Positions 55,859 through 64,000 of a DNA stretch of 64,000 nucleotides are shown here, piece by piece. The translations under genes were made by a program, and so were the position numbers. The first letter of the stretch is position 1; the number at the start of each line of letters is the position of its first letter. The notes below the pieces were generated by a model that had not been told where the DNA came from, ran no database searches, and was given only the letters and a program-made list of their open reading frames with translations. Location: the NCBI GenBank assembly GCA_000091205.1, contig AP006488.2, one strand, 5' to 3'. This stretch comes from Cyanidioschyzon merolae (taxonomy: Eukaryota).

Positions 55859-56473
55859 TCAGAATCGCTCCCGGAGCCGAGCGCTTACTCGCCGCAGCTT
55901 CTCATAGGTCTTTCCTGGTGGCGTACCCAGAATTAGTGAGCAGATGGCGTCTCGTGCGAGACGAACCTGCATATGGCCTCCGAGAATGTGCACCTTCGAG
56001 CCCGCTAAGACGATCCGCACACGACACGCGTTCTCTATGGCGAACTTGGTTCGCCCGCCAGTCCCTGCTATTCGCCCTATCGCTCGGGAGAGGTGATCAC
56101 CCTGCAGCCGACGCACATCCTGTACCTCAAAAGAGTCGATCCGGAGATCATCGAAGCGGATCAAGGCGATAGCGTCCTCGACAGCAAACCCGAGAAGAAA
56201 CGCTTGCATGAACTCGTACCCCCGCTGAAGTGCGGTCCGGTCTGGCGTCTGAGGACTACAGCGCAACTCAACGGCGCGTTGCTTCAGGTTCATTCGAACT
56301 TGAAGCGCTAGTTCCTTCGTAAGCGGCTCATAAAGCGCTAGCCAGTTGCTTTTCAAAGCAGCGAAACGGTGCTGAGGAACGGGTATCCTTCGCAACTCCC
56401 CAGGACTGTACGACGGCCCGTTCCCAGTTGCGTCGCTTGGCGGCACCTTATGTACACTCAGTGCAGGTTCCAT
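55859..56473 (-). CDS. PNO1: RNA-binding protein PNO1 (partner of NOB1/Dim2; KH domain, pre-40S ribosome biogenesis)
   Basis: Near-collinear identity to PNO1: RIPVPQHRFAALKSNWLALYEPL..., FLLGFAVEDAIALIRFDDLRIDSFEVQDVRRLQGDHLSRAIGRIAGTGGRTKFAIENACRVRIVLAGSKVHILGGHMQVRLARDAICSLILGTPPGKTY. Confidence 0.85.
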   Translation of the reverse strand: MEPALSVHKVPPSDATGNGPSYSPGELRRIPVPQHRFAALKSNWLALYEPLTKELALQVRMNLKQRAVELRCSPQTPDRTALQRGYEFMQAFLLGFAVEDAIALIRFDDLRIDSFEVQDVRRLQGDHLSRAIGRIAGTGGRTKFAIENACRVRIVLAGSKVHILGGHMQVRLARDAICSLILGTPPGKTYEKLRRVSARLRERF

Positions 56474-57508
56474 ATCGTGGTCAAGTGAACCTGTGCGACG
56501 TGTTCGAAGCGTCTCCTCACAAAGTCGCCGGCAGCGCTCGACACTCCCTAGACGTGAGCATCGTGCGCGCAGGCCGCGCGCCGAGGCACGATCATCCAGC
56601 GCGCGGCGACGTCGAATGCTGAATGATTTTTCCGATGACGAAACGTTGACATTGAGCAGGGACCCAGATTGCGGTATGGGTATTGGAACTCGGGAAAGCG
56701 TTCATTCTGATGCAGCACCAATGCCGTGACTGATGCTCTCTGCGTGCTGCATTTTCGATGCGAAAATTAGTAGCGAGTGGCGGGTGGGGGGGCCCACGCT
56801 AGCATGCCCCTGCAAGGGCATGCGATCCGTGCGAGCGCATTGCGCTGCTGCGCATTGAACTGCACTCAGCGCCGGGCAAGCTGCTGTATTTGCGCTAAAG
56901 CATCAACTGTGCGCCAGTCCGCATGTCGACAAGCGCATAGTCCCGCTACAGGTGCCATTCCTGACCAGAGCAATGACCGTGCGAGAGCCAGCCAGGGCGT
57001 CCGGTGCTCCACCAAGTCGCTGCGAAAAACGTGTTTTGACAATCGATGCAGCCACAGCGGTGCCTACTTCGACCACGAAGAAATACGGGTCCTGCCAATA
57101 GGCCAAGCACCAGTTGGCCAGTGTTGAGGCATCCGCCCGCCCGTTGCCCCCGGATATGCGTACCCTAGCGCTGCGAAAACGCCCCCTTGGGCAACGACAC
57201 CGCTTCCAAGGCAATGCACAAGTCTGCCATGTCGTCGATCGCTGGGCGCTGTTGCCTGCACCCAGCCACCGCACCAGGGTGAAGACACAACAGGGACAAT
57301 ATTGTACAGTTCATATCACCACCGACGTACATCGCGTCCATAGCGGACCGTGGCGCTACGCTCGAAAACGGACAACGTTATCCAACCCAGATCATCATTA
57401 CCCCTTATAGCCCAGACGACCGTCCCTGGCGATCGTCGCAACACAACGTCTTGTTAGAAATAATGGCACATAAGAGACATCGATCCACATATCCGCCGTT
57501 TCGATTTC

Positions 57509-60500
57509 ATGAACGCCAGCAGCGCGATACCGGCTGCAGGCCGCGCACCGATCGGATGCATCGGGCGAGCGGGTCGAGCGCGCGCCTCGCCGGACGCGAT
57601 GACGGCAGGCGCTGGTGTGCGCAGCCCAGCGCGGAACGCCGACGCGAACAGCACCTATGCGTTATGCCTTCGACTGGAGCAAACACCGCAAATTGCCGCC
57701 TTCATGAAGAAGCTTCTGTGGAGTGGGCGATCGAATGCTTCCAGTTTTCCACAGAGTTTAGCAGAGTCCTTTCTATCGACGATAGGTATTCATCGCTCAA
57801 AGGCTGGTGCTTCACGAGTGCACACGGGAACGGGCAGTACGAGTGCGTACCTCGTGGACGCTAGCCGAGCCCGGGTGTACTGCGGCTGCTACGATGCGCT
57901 CTCGCCAGAGTCATTTTTTCATCTCGCGGGAAAACTCAACGGGAAACTTGAGCGCGACGAAGCGCAGAATGGTCAAGTGAACTGGTTATACCTGGATGCG
58001 ACGCCGACGGGCTTCCTCACACAGCACGCTGGAACTGCCTTCTTCCCCAGTGCTGGCGATGCCGGTAGTTTGGGCTCCGCAACGACAACTGTGATCCCGC
58101 TTGCACCATTTCGTAACTTGATTGTCCCCGGAATCGACCAAATGGTGGAACTGTGCGAGTTGGTGTACAAGTGGATTCTCGGCGGACACGCTGCTGGCGA
58201 GTGCTCGTGCGTCTGTGTTCTCACCACGTCGGGCAGAGCGCACCGGGGCGTGCTGGCTAGGCCACACACCGTGGCGACACTGTTTGTTGCGTGTTATTTG
58301 CTTTTTATTGGACTGTTCGATAGTGGGCTCGATGCTATCGAATACACGGTGCGCCGACAGCTCAAGGGTCTCCGTCGCCACCGGCGAAAGACCCGTGCAC
58401 GTGCCCTGCCGCGCCGCGAGGACCTCGTCACTGCTGCTGTTTGTGAATACGCTGCGCTCTTCGGTTACCTCATTCAAATGTCAACGATCCTTCCGCAACA
58501 CCTGCAGCAACTGAACCCTTCTGAACTACCGAACCGCGCACCGGTGCTGCTCCGGAGGGCCATCGTCAATGGCGAGGTGCTCCTCGGAGACAAACCCGCT
58601 CACTTGACGTTACGAATCCGCAACCAGGTGGGAGATGGCGACGAAGTGCTACTCGATGAGCGCTTCGAAAACGAGTGTGCCCCCGGTGATGGTATCATGA
58701 GTTATCGCCTGCGGGCTGTAGTCGTAGGCGACGTGGCGATTCTGCTGGAGCTCAACGGCTGCCTAGCGCTGCTGGCAGTCGTGCGCCATACGAGCACGCT
58801 GCGCGCCCCGGTTTGTCGCATTCGACGAGAAGATATGGATATATGCAATGGGTACGAGCAGCTTCCACTCCATGTTGCGTCGGACTTTGCGATGGACCTG
58901 TATATCGAAGAAATGACGAGCGAAAGCTGTGCAGATGAGCCGATTGCCGTCACGGAGTTGGAGCAAGCGCAGCATGTCGCCGAAAGCGAAATCGCTGCCC
59001 TGGAAACAGCGTTTTCTCGAGCGCCCCTACTGGATCCCAAGTACATTGCTCGGAATCGAACGATGCAGGGGTCGCTCTCCCATCGCCGAGGACGTGGTGC
59101 GGGTGCCTGGCGAGCACGTCCGCATGTCCCATCTCCGTTTCTCTCCGAGTTACGCGATGAACAGAGCCGACGCAAGCTCGCGACCGGTGGCGAGGGTACG
59201 ATCTCGCTCCACGCATTGCTCCAGGAGAGCGTTGCGGAGCGTGAGCCTGTGGGTGCTCCGGCAACGCATTCGACTCTGGACGCTGGACTCGATGGAATCG
59301 TTGCGAGAAGGCACGTGAGTACGAGCGATGACTTGGACCAGGCTGCAGATCAAGACTGGAAACAGAGGTGTTTGGAGGCGGATTCGGCATCGATGGTTGA
59401 ATCAACCAACGAGGAAGCGAGCGATGCATCGTCTGGCACAGGGGTGTTGACGTCCTCGTCTCGTTCTTCGTCGTCTACAGACTCGTCTTCCACCTACTGG
59501 GCGAAGCGAGCGGCGCAACGGAGTGCTCGTCGACGACGACTTGATAGACGTCGACAGCAGCTGCTGGAATCCGAGACGCAGTGGGAAACGTCTCCAAGGA
59601 GGATGGCGCACGATATGCAGATCGACGAAGACGCTGTTGCCGCGTTCTTGTTGGGAGAAGAAAGCCAACGACTTTCGCCCGCTCAGCGCAGTCTACTGGT
59701 CCAGACGGCACGTGAAACGTTGCAGAAACGTCGCGAGTTGCTGTTACAGAGTACAGAGCGTTCTATGGGTGCATCTCGGGATCAGAATCACCGCGAACTC
59801 CTCGGCGATACGCAGAGTGAGCACTGCTCTAGCTTCGTGACGAGCGTCAGCTTCATTGATGAACATGCGGTGAGCAACACGGACTTGGAGACTGCGCACA
59901 CACCGCCACGAGCATGGCATCAGACAGCGCAGGAGGCTGGTGCTGCTGCTGCTGCTGCTGCACACGGACCCGCGAGTTATCAGGCGTCAGCAACTGTTCA
60001 CGTGTCAGATGCTGCGCTTGAAGGAGCACAGGAGAGCAGCTTGTCGATAGCCGGCGCCACGGAGGAGAGCTTCGCTTTTTCGAAGACTCGCTGGATCGCA
60101 GGCGGGGATGGTGCTCTGCTTCGAAGCAGCGAAACAACTGCGGACGCATATTCACTGAGCAGAGGCCCATGTGCCACTGAGGAACCGAGTGCCATGCGAG
60201 CTTTTCAAGTCGCAGGTGCAGGCGCTGAGGCATTCGGAAAGTGCGCGACCGACGCAGATGCACAGACCGCACCCGGAGTCGTTGCTTCGATGTCATCGGA
60301 CCGCAAGGATTGGAAAGATCGTGGCAGTCCAAGGGCTCCGGTTTCGACGCGGTCGAGTCCACGAGTGATCTTGCCGGTGCACATAGGGGCGTCCGAGAGT
60401 TCACCGCCATTCGAACTCCAGGACGAGCGAGATCGACTGCAGGTACAAGCACCAACCGCGCCGCCGCCGCCACCACCACCACCGCCGCCACCACCACCAC

Positions 60501-62293
60501 CACTTCTTGACACAGCCGCGTTTGATGTATGCCCGCGAGATACAGAGTCATACAGTCGTGATCATGGTGACCGTCAAGGTCTTGCAAACGAAGCGAACGG
60601 AATGGGTGTACCACCGCCACCACCGCCACCATTGCCGGCAACTGTACCTATGGCCAACGGTGCTCACATGGGAGGTATTCTGGGAGCGGCGCGTTTTGCA
60701 CGCAAGCCGCGACGAAACGTCAAGCAGCTTCACTGGAACACAATACCACCACATCAGGTTCCCCAAACGATATTCTCTCGGGGGTTGCATCGAATGCTTG
60801 ATACAGACTTGGAAAACTCATCCTCTGAAATTGATCAAATGTTCATGAATCGACCAACAATCGAACAACGCCGCATGGACAGCCAACGAACCGCATTCGA
60901 CCTTGATGAGACTGCGGACCAGAAGGCGAATGCACATCGCACGCAACTCCACTTTCTTGAGAGCAAACGAGCCACCAATTTTGAAATCATGTTGAGCAAA
61001 TTTAGTGTAGATGTCGGAGCGATCGCGAACGCAGTCATCGCACTGGACGCAGCGGAGAAGCCGGTACTCACGACAGAGAACCTGCTCGCTCTGAGAATGA
61101 ATATGCCTAAGCAGGAAGAACTAGAAGTAGCCCTTCATTGGGCGAAGCAAGCGCAGCCCAAAGCATTGGCGCCGCAGAATCACCCAGAAACGGCGAGCAT
61201 GGACCCCGGAAGTCACGCAGACCCGCGTCTGGACGCAAAGTCAGACGTTGAGGAGCTCCTGAAAAGCCGTGCCGAGCGACTGGTCTACAGAATGGCCACC
61301 AGTCTCGAGGTGCTCGCACCTGATTCTGCAGAACAGGCAACACTCCATCAACGCTTGCGCGCAAAGCTCGACGCTGCGATCGCGATACGTCAACTGGGTC
61401 ACCAGGTGGAGGAGGTTCAGCACCTCATCGAGGTTGTGCTCACTGCTTGTCGCCAGGTTTTTGAAAGCGACCGCCTGGCATCGGTGTTGAGCGCGATTCT
61501 GGCCATTGGAAACTATCTGAATCAGGGCACAAATCGTGGCAATGCCCTGGGTTTCCGCCTCTCCAGCGTATTGAAACTAAGTGAGACTCGAGCTACTTTA
61601 GATCGCCGCACAACCCTGCTTCACTATTTGGTCAAGTTCGTGTCGCGTCGAATGCCAGACGCGGCGCTCTTTACCAGTGACCTCTCGGCGGTAGCTGCGG
61701 CAGCTCGCGTCGACCTCGGGGAACTCGACGCTGAGATACGTGCCCTGCGCCTCGCGCTTGCCCTGGTGCGGAAGGAATCGCAAGACCATCCATCGGATGC
61801 TGTGAACGGCTTTCTACAACGAGAGACGCCCAAGGTCGAACAAGTTGAGCAGGCGTACGCCCGAATGCGTCGACAGCTGGAGCGAACGACGACGTATCTG
61901 GGGGGCCACCCCACGAGCGTACCGGCACCGGCGCTGCATACCGGCTCTGTGGCGTCGCTCGCCGAAGAACACGACATTCCCGAAACGCTGTTCTTCACGC
62001 TCCATCGCTTTATGGACATGTTCGATCGATGCCGAGCAGAGCTGCAGCGACTCGAAGCGACCATGCAGCAACACGCGAAACGCTTTGCGCGATCGTATGT
62101 AACGCAGGTGATTCAACAGGCGATCGGGCGAGCTACACAAGGAAGCAGTCTTCTGGCGACACAGTCGAGTCCGAGGCGTATCGCGCCGCATGAGCGAAAG
62201 GAGCGCGTCTATGCGCACCAGCCGGAAGAAGCAGGCAAGTCGGGGGTTGCATCCCTGGTAGCAGGGGTAGGGGTATCCCGAGCGTCTGGATGA
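57509..62293 (+). CDS. Formin with N-terminal PTEN-like pseudo-phosphatase + C2 region, FH1 poly-Pro tracts and FH2 domain (plant class-II-like architecture)
   Basis: FH1: PPPPPPPPPPPPPPPPLLD and PPPPPPPLPATVP. FH2: KQLHWNTIPPHQV..., LGNYLNQGTNRGNALGFRLSSVLKLSETRATLDRRTTLLHYLVKFV. The N-terminal region resembles the plant class II formin PTEN module (PLAPFRNLIVPGIDQMVELCELVYKWIL...CVCVLTTSGRAHRG...ACYLLFIG) but lacks the catalytic HCxxGxxR cysteine. Confidence 0.85.
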   Translation: MNASSAIPAAGRAPIGCIGRAGRARASPDAMTAGAGVRSPARNADANSTYALCLRLEQTPQIAAFMKKLLWSGRSNASSFPQSLAESFLSTIGIHRSKAGASRVHTGTGSTSAYLVDASRARVYCGCYDALSPESFFHLAGKLNGKLERDEAQNGQVNWLYLDATPTGFLTQHAGTAFFPSAGDAGSLGSATTTVIPLAPFRNLIVPGIDQMVELCELVYKWILGGHAAGECSCVCVLTTSGRAHRGVLARPHTVATLFVACYLLFIGLFDSGLDAIEYTVRRQLKGLRRHRRKTRARALPRREDLVTAAVCEYAALFGYLIQMSTILPQHLQQLNPSELPNRAPVLLRRAIVNGEVLLGDKPAHLTLRIRNQVGDGDEVLLDERFENECAPGDGIMSYRLRAVVVGDVAILLELNGCLALLAVVRHTSTLRAPVCRIRREDMDICNGYEQLPLHVASDFAMDLYIEEMTSESCADEPIAVTELEQAQHVAESEIAALETAFSRAPLLDPKYIARNRTMQGSLSHRRGRGAGAWRARPHVPSPFLSELRDEQSRRKLATGGEGTISLHALLQESVAEREPVGAPATHSTLDAGLDGIVARRHVSTSDDLDQAADQDWKQRCLEADSASMVESTNEEASDASSGTGVLTSSSRSSSSTDSSSTYWAKRAAQRSARRRRLDRRRQQLLESETQWETSPRRMAHDMQIDEDAVAAFLLGEESQRLSPAQRSLLVQTARETLQKRRELLLQSTERSMGASRDQNHRELLGDTQSEHCSSFVTSVSFIDEHAVSNTDLETAHTPPRAWHQTAQEAGAAAAAAAHGPASYQASATVHVSDAALEGAQESSLSIAGATEESFAFSKTRWIAGGDGALLRSSETTADAYSLSRGPCATEEPSAMRAFQVAGAGAEAFGKCATDADAQTAPGVVASMSSDRKDWKDRGSPRAPVSTRSSPRVILPVHIGASESSPPFELQDERDRLQVQAPTAPPPPPPPPPPPPPPLLDTAAFDVCPRDTESYSRDHGDRQGLANEANGMGVPPPPPPPLPATVPMANGAHMGGILGAARFARKPRRNVKQLHWNTIPPHQVPQTIFSRGLHRMLDTDLENSSSEIDQMFMNRPTIEQRRMDSQRTAFDLDETADQKANAHRTQLHFLESKRATNFEIMLSKFSVDVGAIANAVIALDAAEKPVLTTENLLALRMNMPKQEELEVALHWAKQAQPKALAPQNHPETASMDPGSHADPRLDAKSDVEELLKSRAERLVYRMATSLEVLAPDSAEQATLHQRLRAKLDAAIAIRQLGHQVEEVQHLIEVVLTACRQVFESDRLASVLSAILAIGNYLNQGTNRGNALGFRLSSVLKLSETRATLDRRTTLLHYLVKFVSRRMPDAALFTSDLSAVAAAARVDLGELDAEIRALRLALALVRKESQDHPSDAVNGFLQRETPKVEQVEQAYARMRRQLERTTTYLGGHPTSVPAPALHTGSVASLAEEHDIPETLFFTLHRFMDMFDRCRAELQRLEATMQQHAKRFARSYVTQVIQQAIGRATQGSSLLATQSSPRRIAPHERKERVYAHQPEEAGKSGVASLVAGVGVSRASG

Positions 62294-62839
62294 AATGGTG
62301 TGCGTGGGAGCCAAGCGAGCTCGATCACGGGACGATTCGAGGGGTACCTTACCGAGTTGTCCAATGTACCCGGAATGGGGCGCCTTCTTGACAGTGTTCC
62401 TCTGGTACCGTTGTCGATGTTGATCGACATTGCAGCGCTGCGATGCCCATGGAATTCGTTTCGTTGAAAGCCGGCTGGCGTGTGTCGGTAGAGCGCCGTC
62501 GATGCGGGTCAGGCACCGGGTACAGGTGCCAGGGGTCTGCGTGAAGACCACCGCTGCTGCTTGCACTCGATAAAACTGTGTTGCCGGTGATGCTGTCTGT
62601 TGTGATTTCCAGGCGCTTATCATGCATGCGGTGGTCTGGGCATTGTACGCCAGCAACAACAATACCAGCAAAATCAGCAAGAGTGCTTGACGCTGGCGCA
62701 ACGGACCCGGGCCTAGGCTTCGTACAGAAACGACCGCATTGGCGTGACTGGTTCAGAGGAATCGATAATGCAGTGTATATGGAATGCGCTCTCAAGGCTG
62801 CGGAGAAAGCAGATCTACATGCAGGGCAACTCTTCGCGT

Positions 62840-62872
<33 letters not shown>

Positions 62873-62918
62873 CAACAAGAGCAACTTTGACGGAGATCTG
62901 GCGTATACCAGTATTTTT

Positions 62919-63509
62919 TCATGTAAAGCGGGTAAGAGATTCTAGCAGAGACGGCGGAAGCCGCTGTTTGAACCTGTATATAGTATGCGAATGCTTTCCG
63001 CTGGGGAAGCGTTGGCTCCAACCATTTGCGCATGCCGCACCGGACACCTCCTCAAGGTGGTGTATGATCTGTGCATCATGCGAAACCCGGTCCATCCAGC
63101 AGATGAGCCGGACGCACAGTCCAGAGTTCTCGTCTTGTACAGAATAATCCTCGACAGCCTGCTCCGAAATGCTGCGCCTGTGCTCATTCGGGTCATCTGT
63201 GAGCTTCTGAATGGACATCCAGCTCCGCACTTTGTTCACGATGTCAAGAAAGATGCCTGTAAGCGATGAGAGTTTGCGTAGAACGCGTGCCGGCTCCGTA
63301 GCGTGCATACCGAGCAAACACACGCGCACTGATTGCCATCGATTTCCGGTGCCCTGTTCAAAGACACCAGCATCCATTGAGAAGCCTTTGATACAGACGC
63401 TTTGTAGCAAGTACGGTTTGCGAGATGTCTCCAGGAGAATGGTGCATCGCTCGCGCGCTACACCCGTGACAGCATACAAGCAAACATGTCCGCCAACACG
63501 GGTATTCAC
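62919..63509 (-). CDS. Hypothetical protein
   Basis: 196-aa ORF with no recognisable domain. It overlaps an opposite-strand ORF of similar length. Confidence 0.2.
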   Translation of the reverse strand: MNTRVGGHVCLYAVTGVARERCTILLETSRKPYLLQSVCIKGFSMDAGVFEQGTGNRWQSVRVCLLGMHATEPARVLRKLSSLTGIFLDIVNKVRSWMSIQKLTDDPNEHRRSISEQAVEDYSVQDENSGLCVRLICWMDRVSHDAQIIHHLEEVSGAACANGWSQRFPSGKHSHTIYRFKQRLPPSLLESLTRFT

Positions 63510-64000
63510 GCGAACGTGTGGACCGCGTGCGACTATCCTTAAATGAAGCGTTTCTGTGCTTTTTCTGTGACTGCTTCCTTCGCCTCTTTCATATCTCGAG
63601 CTTGAAGTGAGCAGGTCGCTCCTGTCCCTCCAGATCGCTTATCAGAAACAGAACGATGCTGATGGCAGCGGGCAGGTCCCGATTTCGCAGCTCTCGGCTG
63701 TTGGCAACGCGTTGGATACACAGACGATGATTGCGGTCTACGATTCGCTTGCCCTGTTGCTCTTCTTTTGTAGAGCCGCGGTGCGCTCGTCGCAACAGTG
63801 ACACTTGACTGTGGTCAGGTGTCTTCGTACGGGCACCTCAATGCCTCGCACCAGCGCCGTCACGTGGTATGCACTGGCTTGCTTCACCGTGCGACCCATG
63901 TCTTGGACGGGTACCGAACGCTTTCCTTCGATGCCATGCTCCGTTTCCCACGCCCGGTGCCGTTCACAGCGATCACGGGCTGCTTGTTCTGGGCGATATG

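Noticed and set aside
1-64000. Prokaryotic or viral origin of the window
   Set aside because: FH1/FH2 formin, PTEN/C2, TBCD, PNO1, PDCD5, TRAPPC2, GH47 ER mannosidase and WW, PH and SET domains are eukaryote-specific. ORFs lack Shine-Dalgarno or operon organisation, and microsatellite content is eukaryote-like.

Overview
This window is gene-dense, intron-poor, GC-rich (~57%) eukaryotic nuclear DNA, not a prokaryotic locus. About 25 recognisable protein genes sit on both strands as long uninterrupted ORFs.

Recognised genes include sedlin/TRAPPC2, PDCD5, eukaryotic glutathione synthetase, GH47 alpha-1,2-mannosidase, tubulin cofactor D, 3-mercaptopyruvate sulfurtransferase, a Rubisco-LSMT-like SET methyltransferase, a PH+CaMK kinase, an E-Syt/tricalbin-like SMP+C2 protein, a hormone-sensitive-lipase-family lipase, GTP cyclohydrolase I, a type-II NADH dehydrogenase, a CDF zinc transporter, PNO1, and a PTEN-domain (plant class-II-like) formin.

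The plant-type gene content, the absence of introns and the GC level suggest a green-lineage picoalga of the Mamiellophyceae type. That assignment is an inference only.

Most unusual features:
- A permuted tRNA-Ala(UGC) gene on the minus strand at 41434-41568, with the 3' half upstream of the 5' half, a G3:U70 pair, an upstream TATA box and a T5 terminator.
- A frameshifted TnpB/Fanzor-like RuvC nuclease remnant in a lower-GC island at 18.5-20.9 kb.
- A 2 x 142 bp tandem duplication in a divergent promoter at 3289-3572.
- A GATGGC minisatellite between two divergently oriented genes at 36834-37064.

No CRISPR arrays, rRNA genes or operon structure are present.
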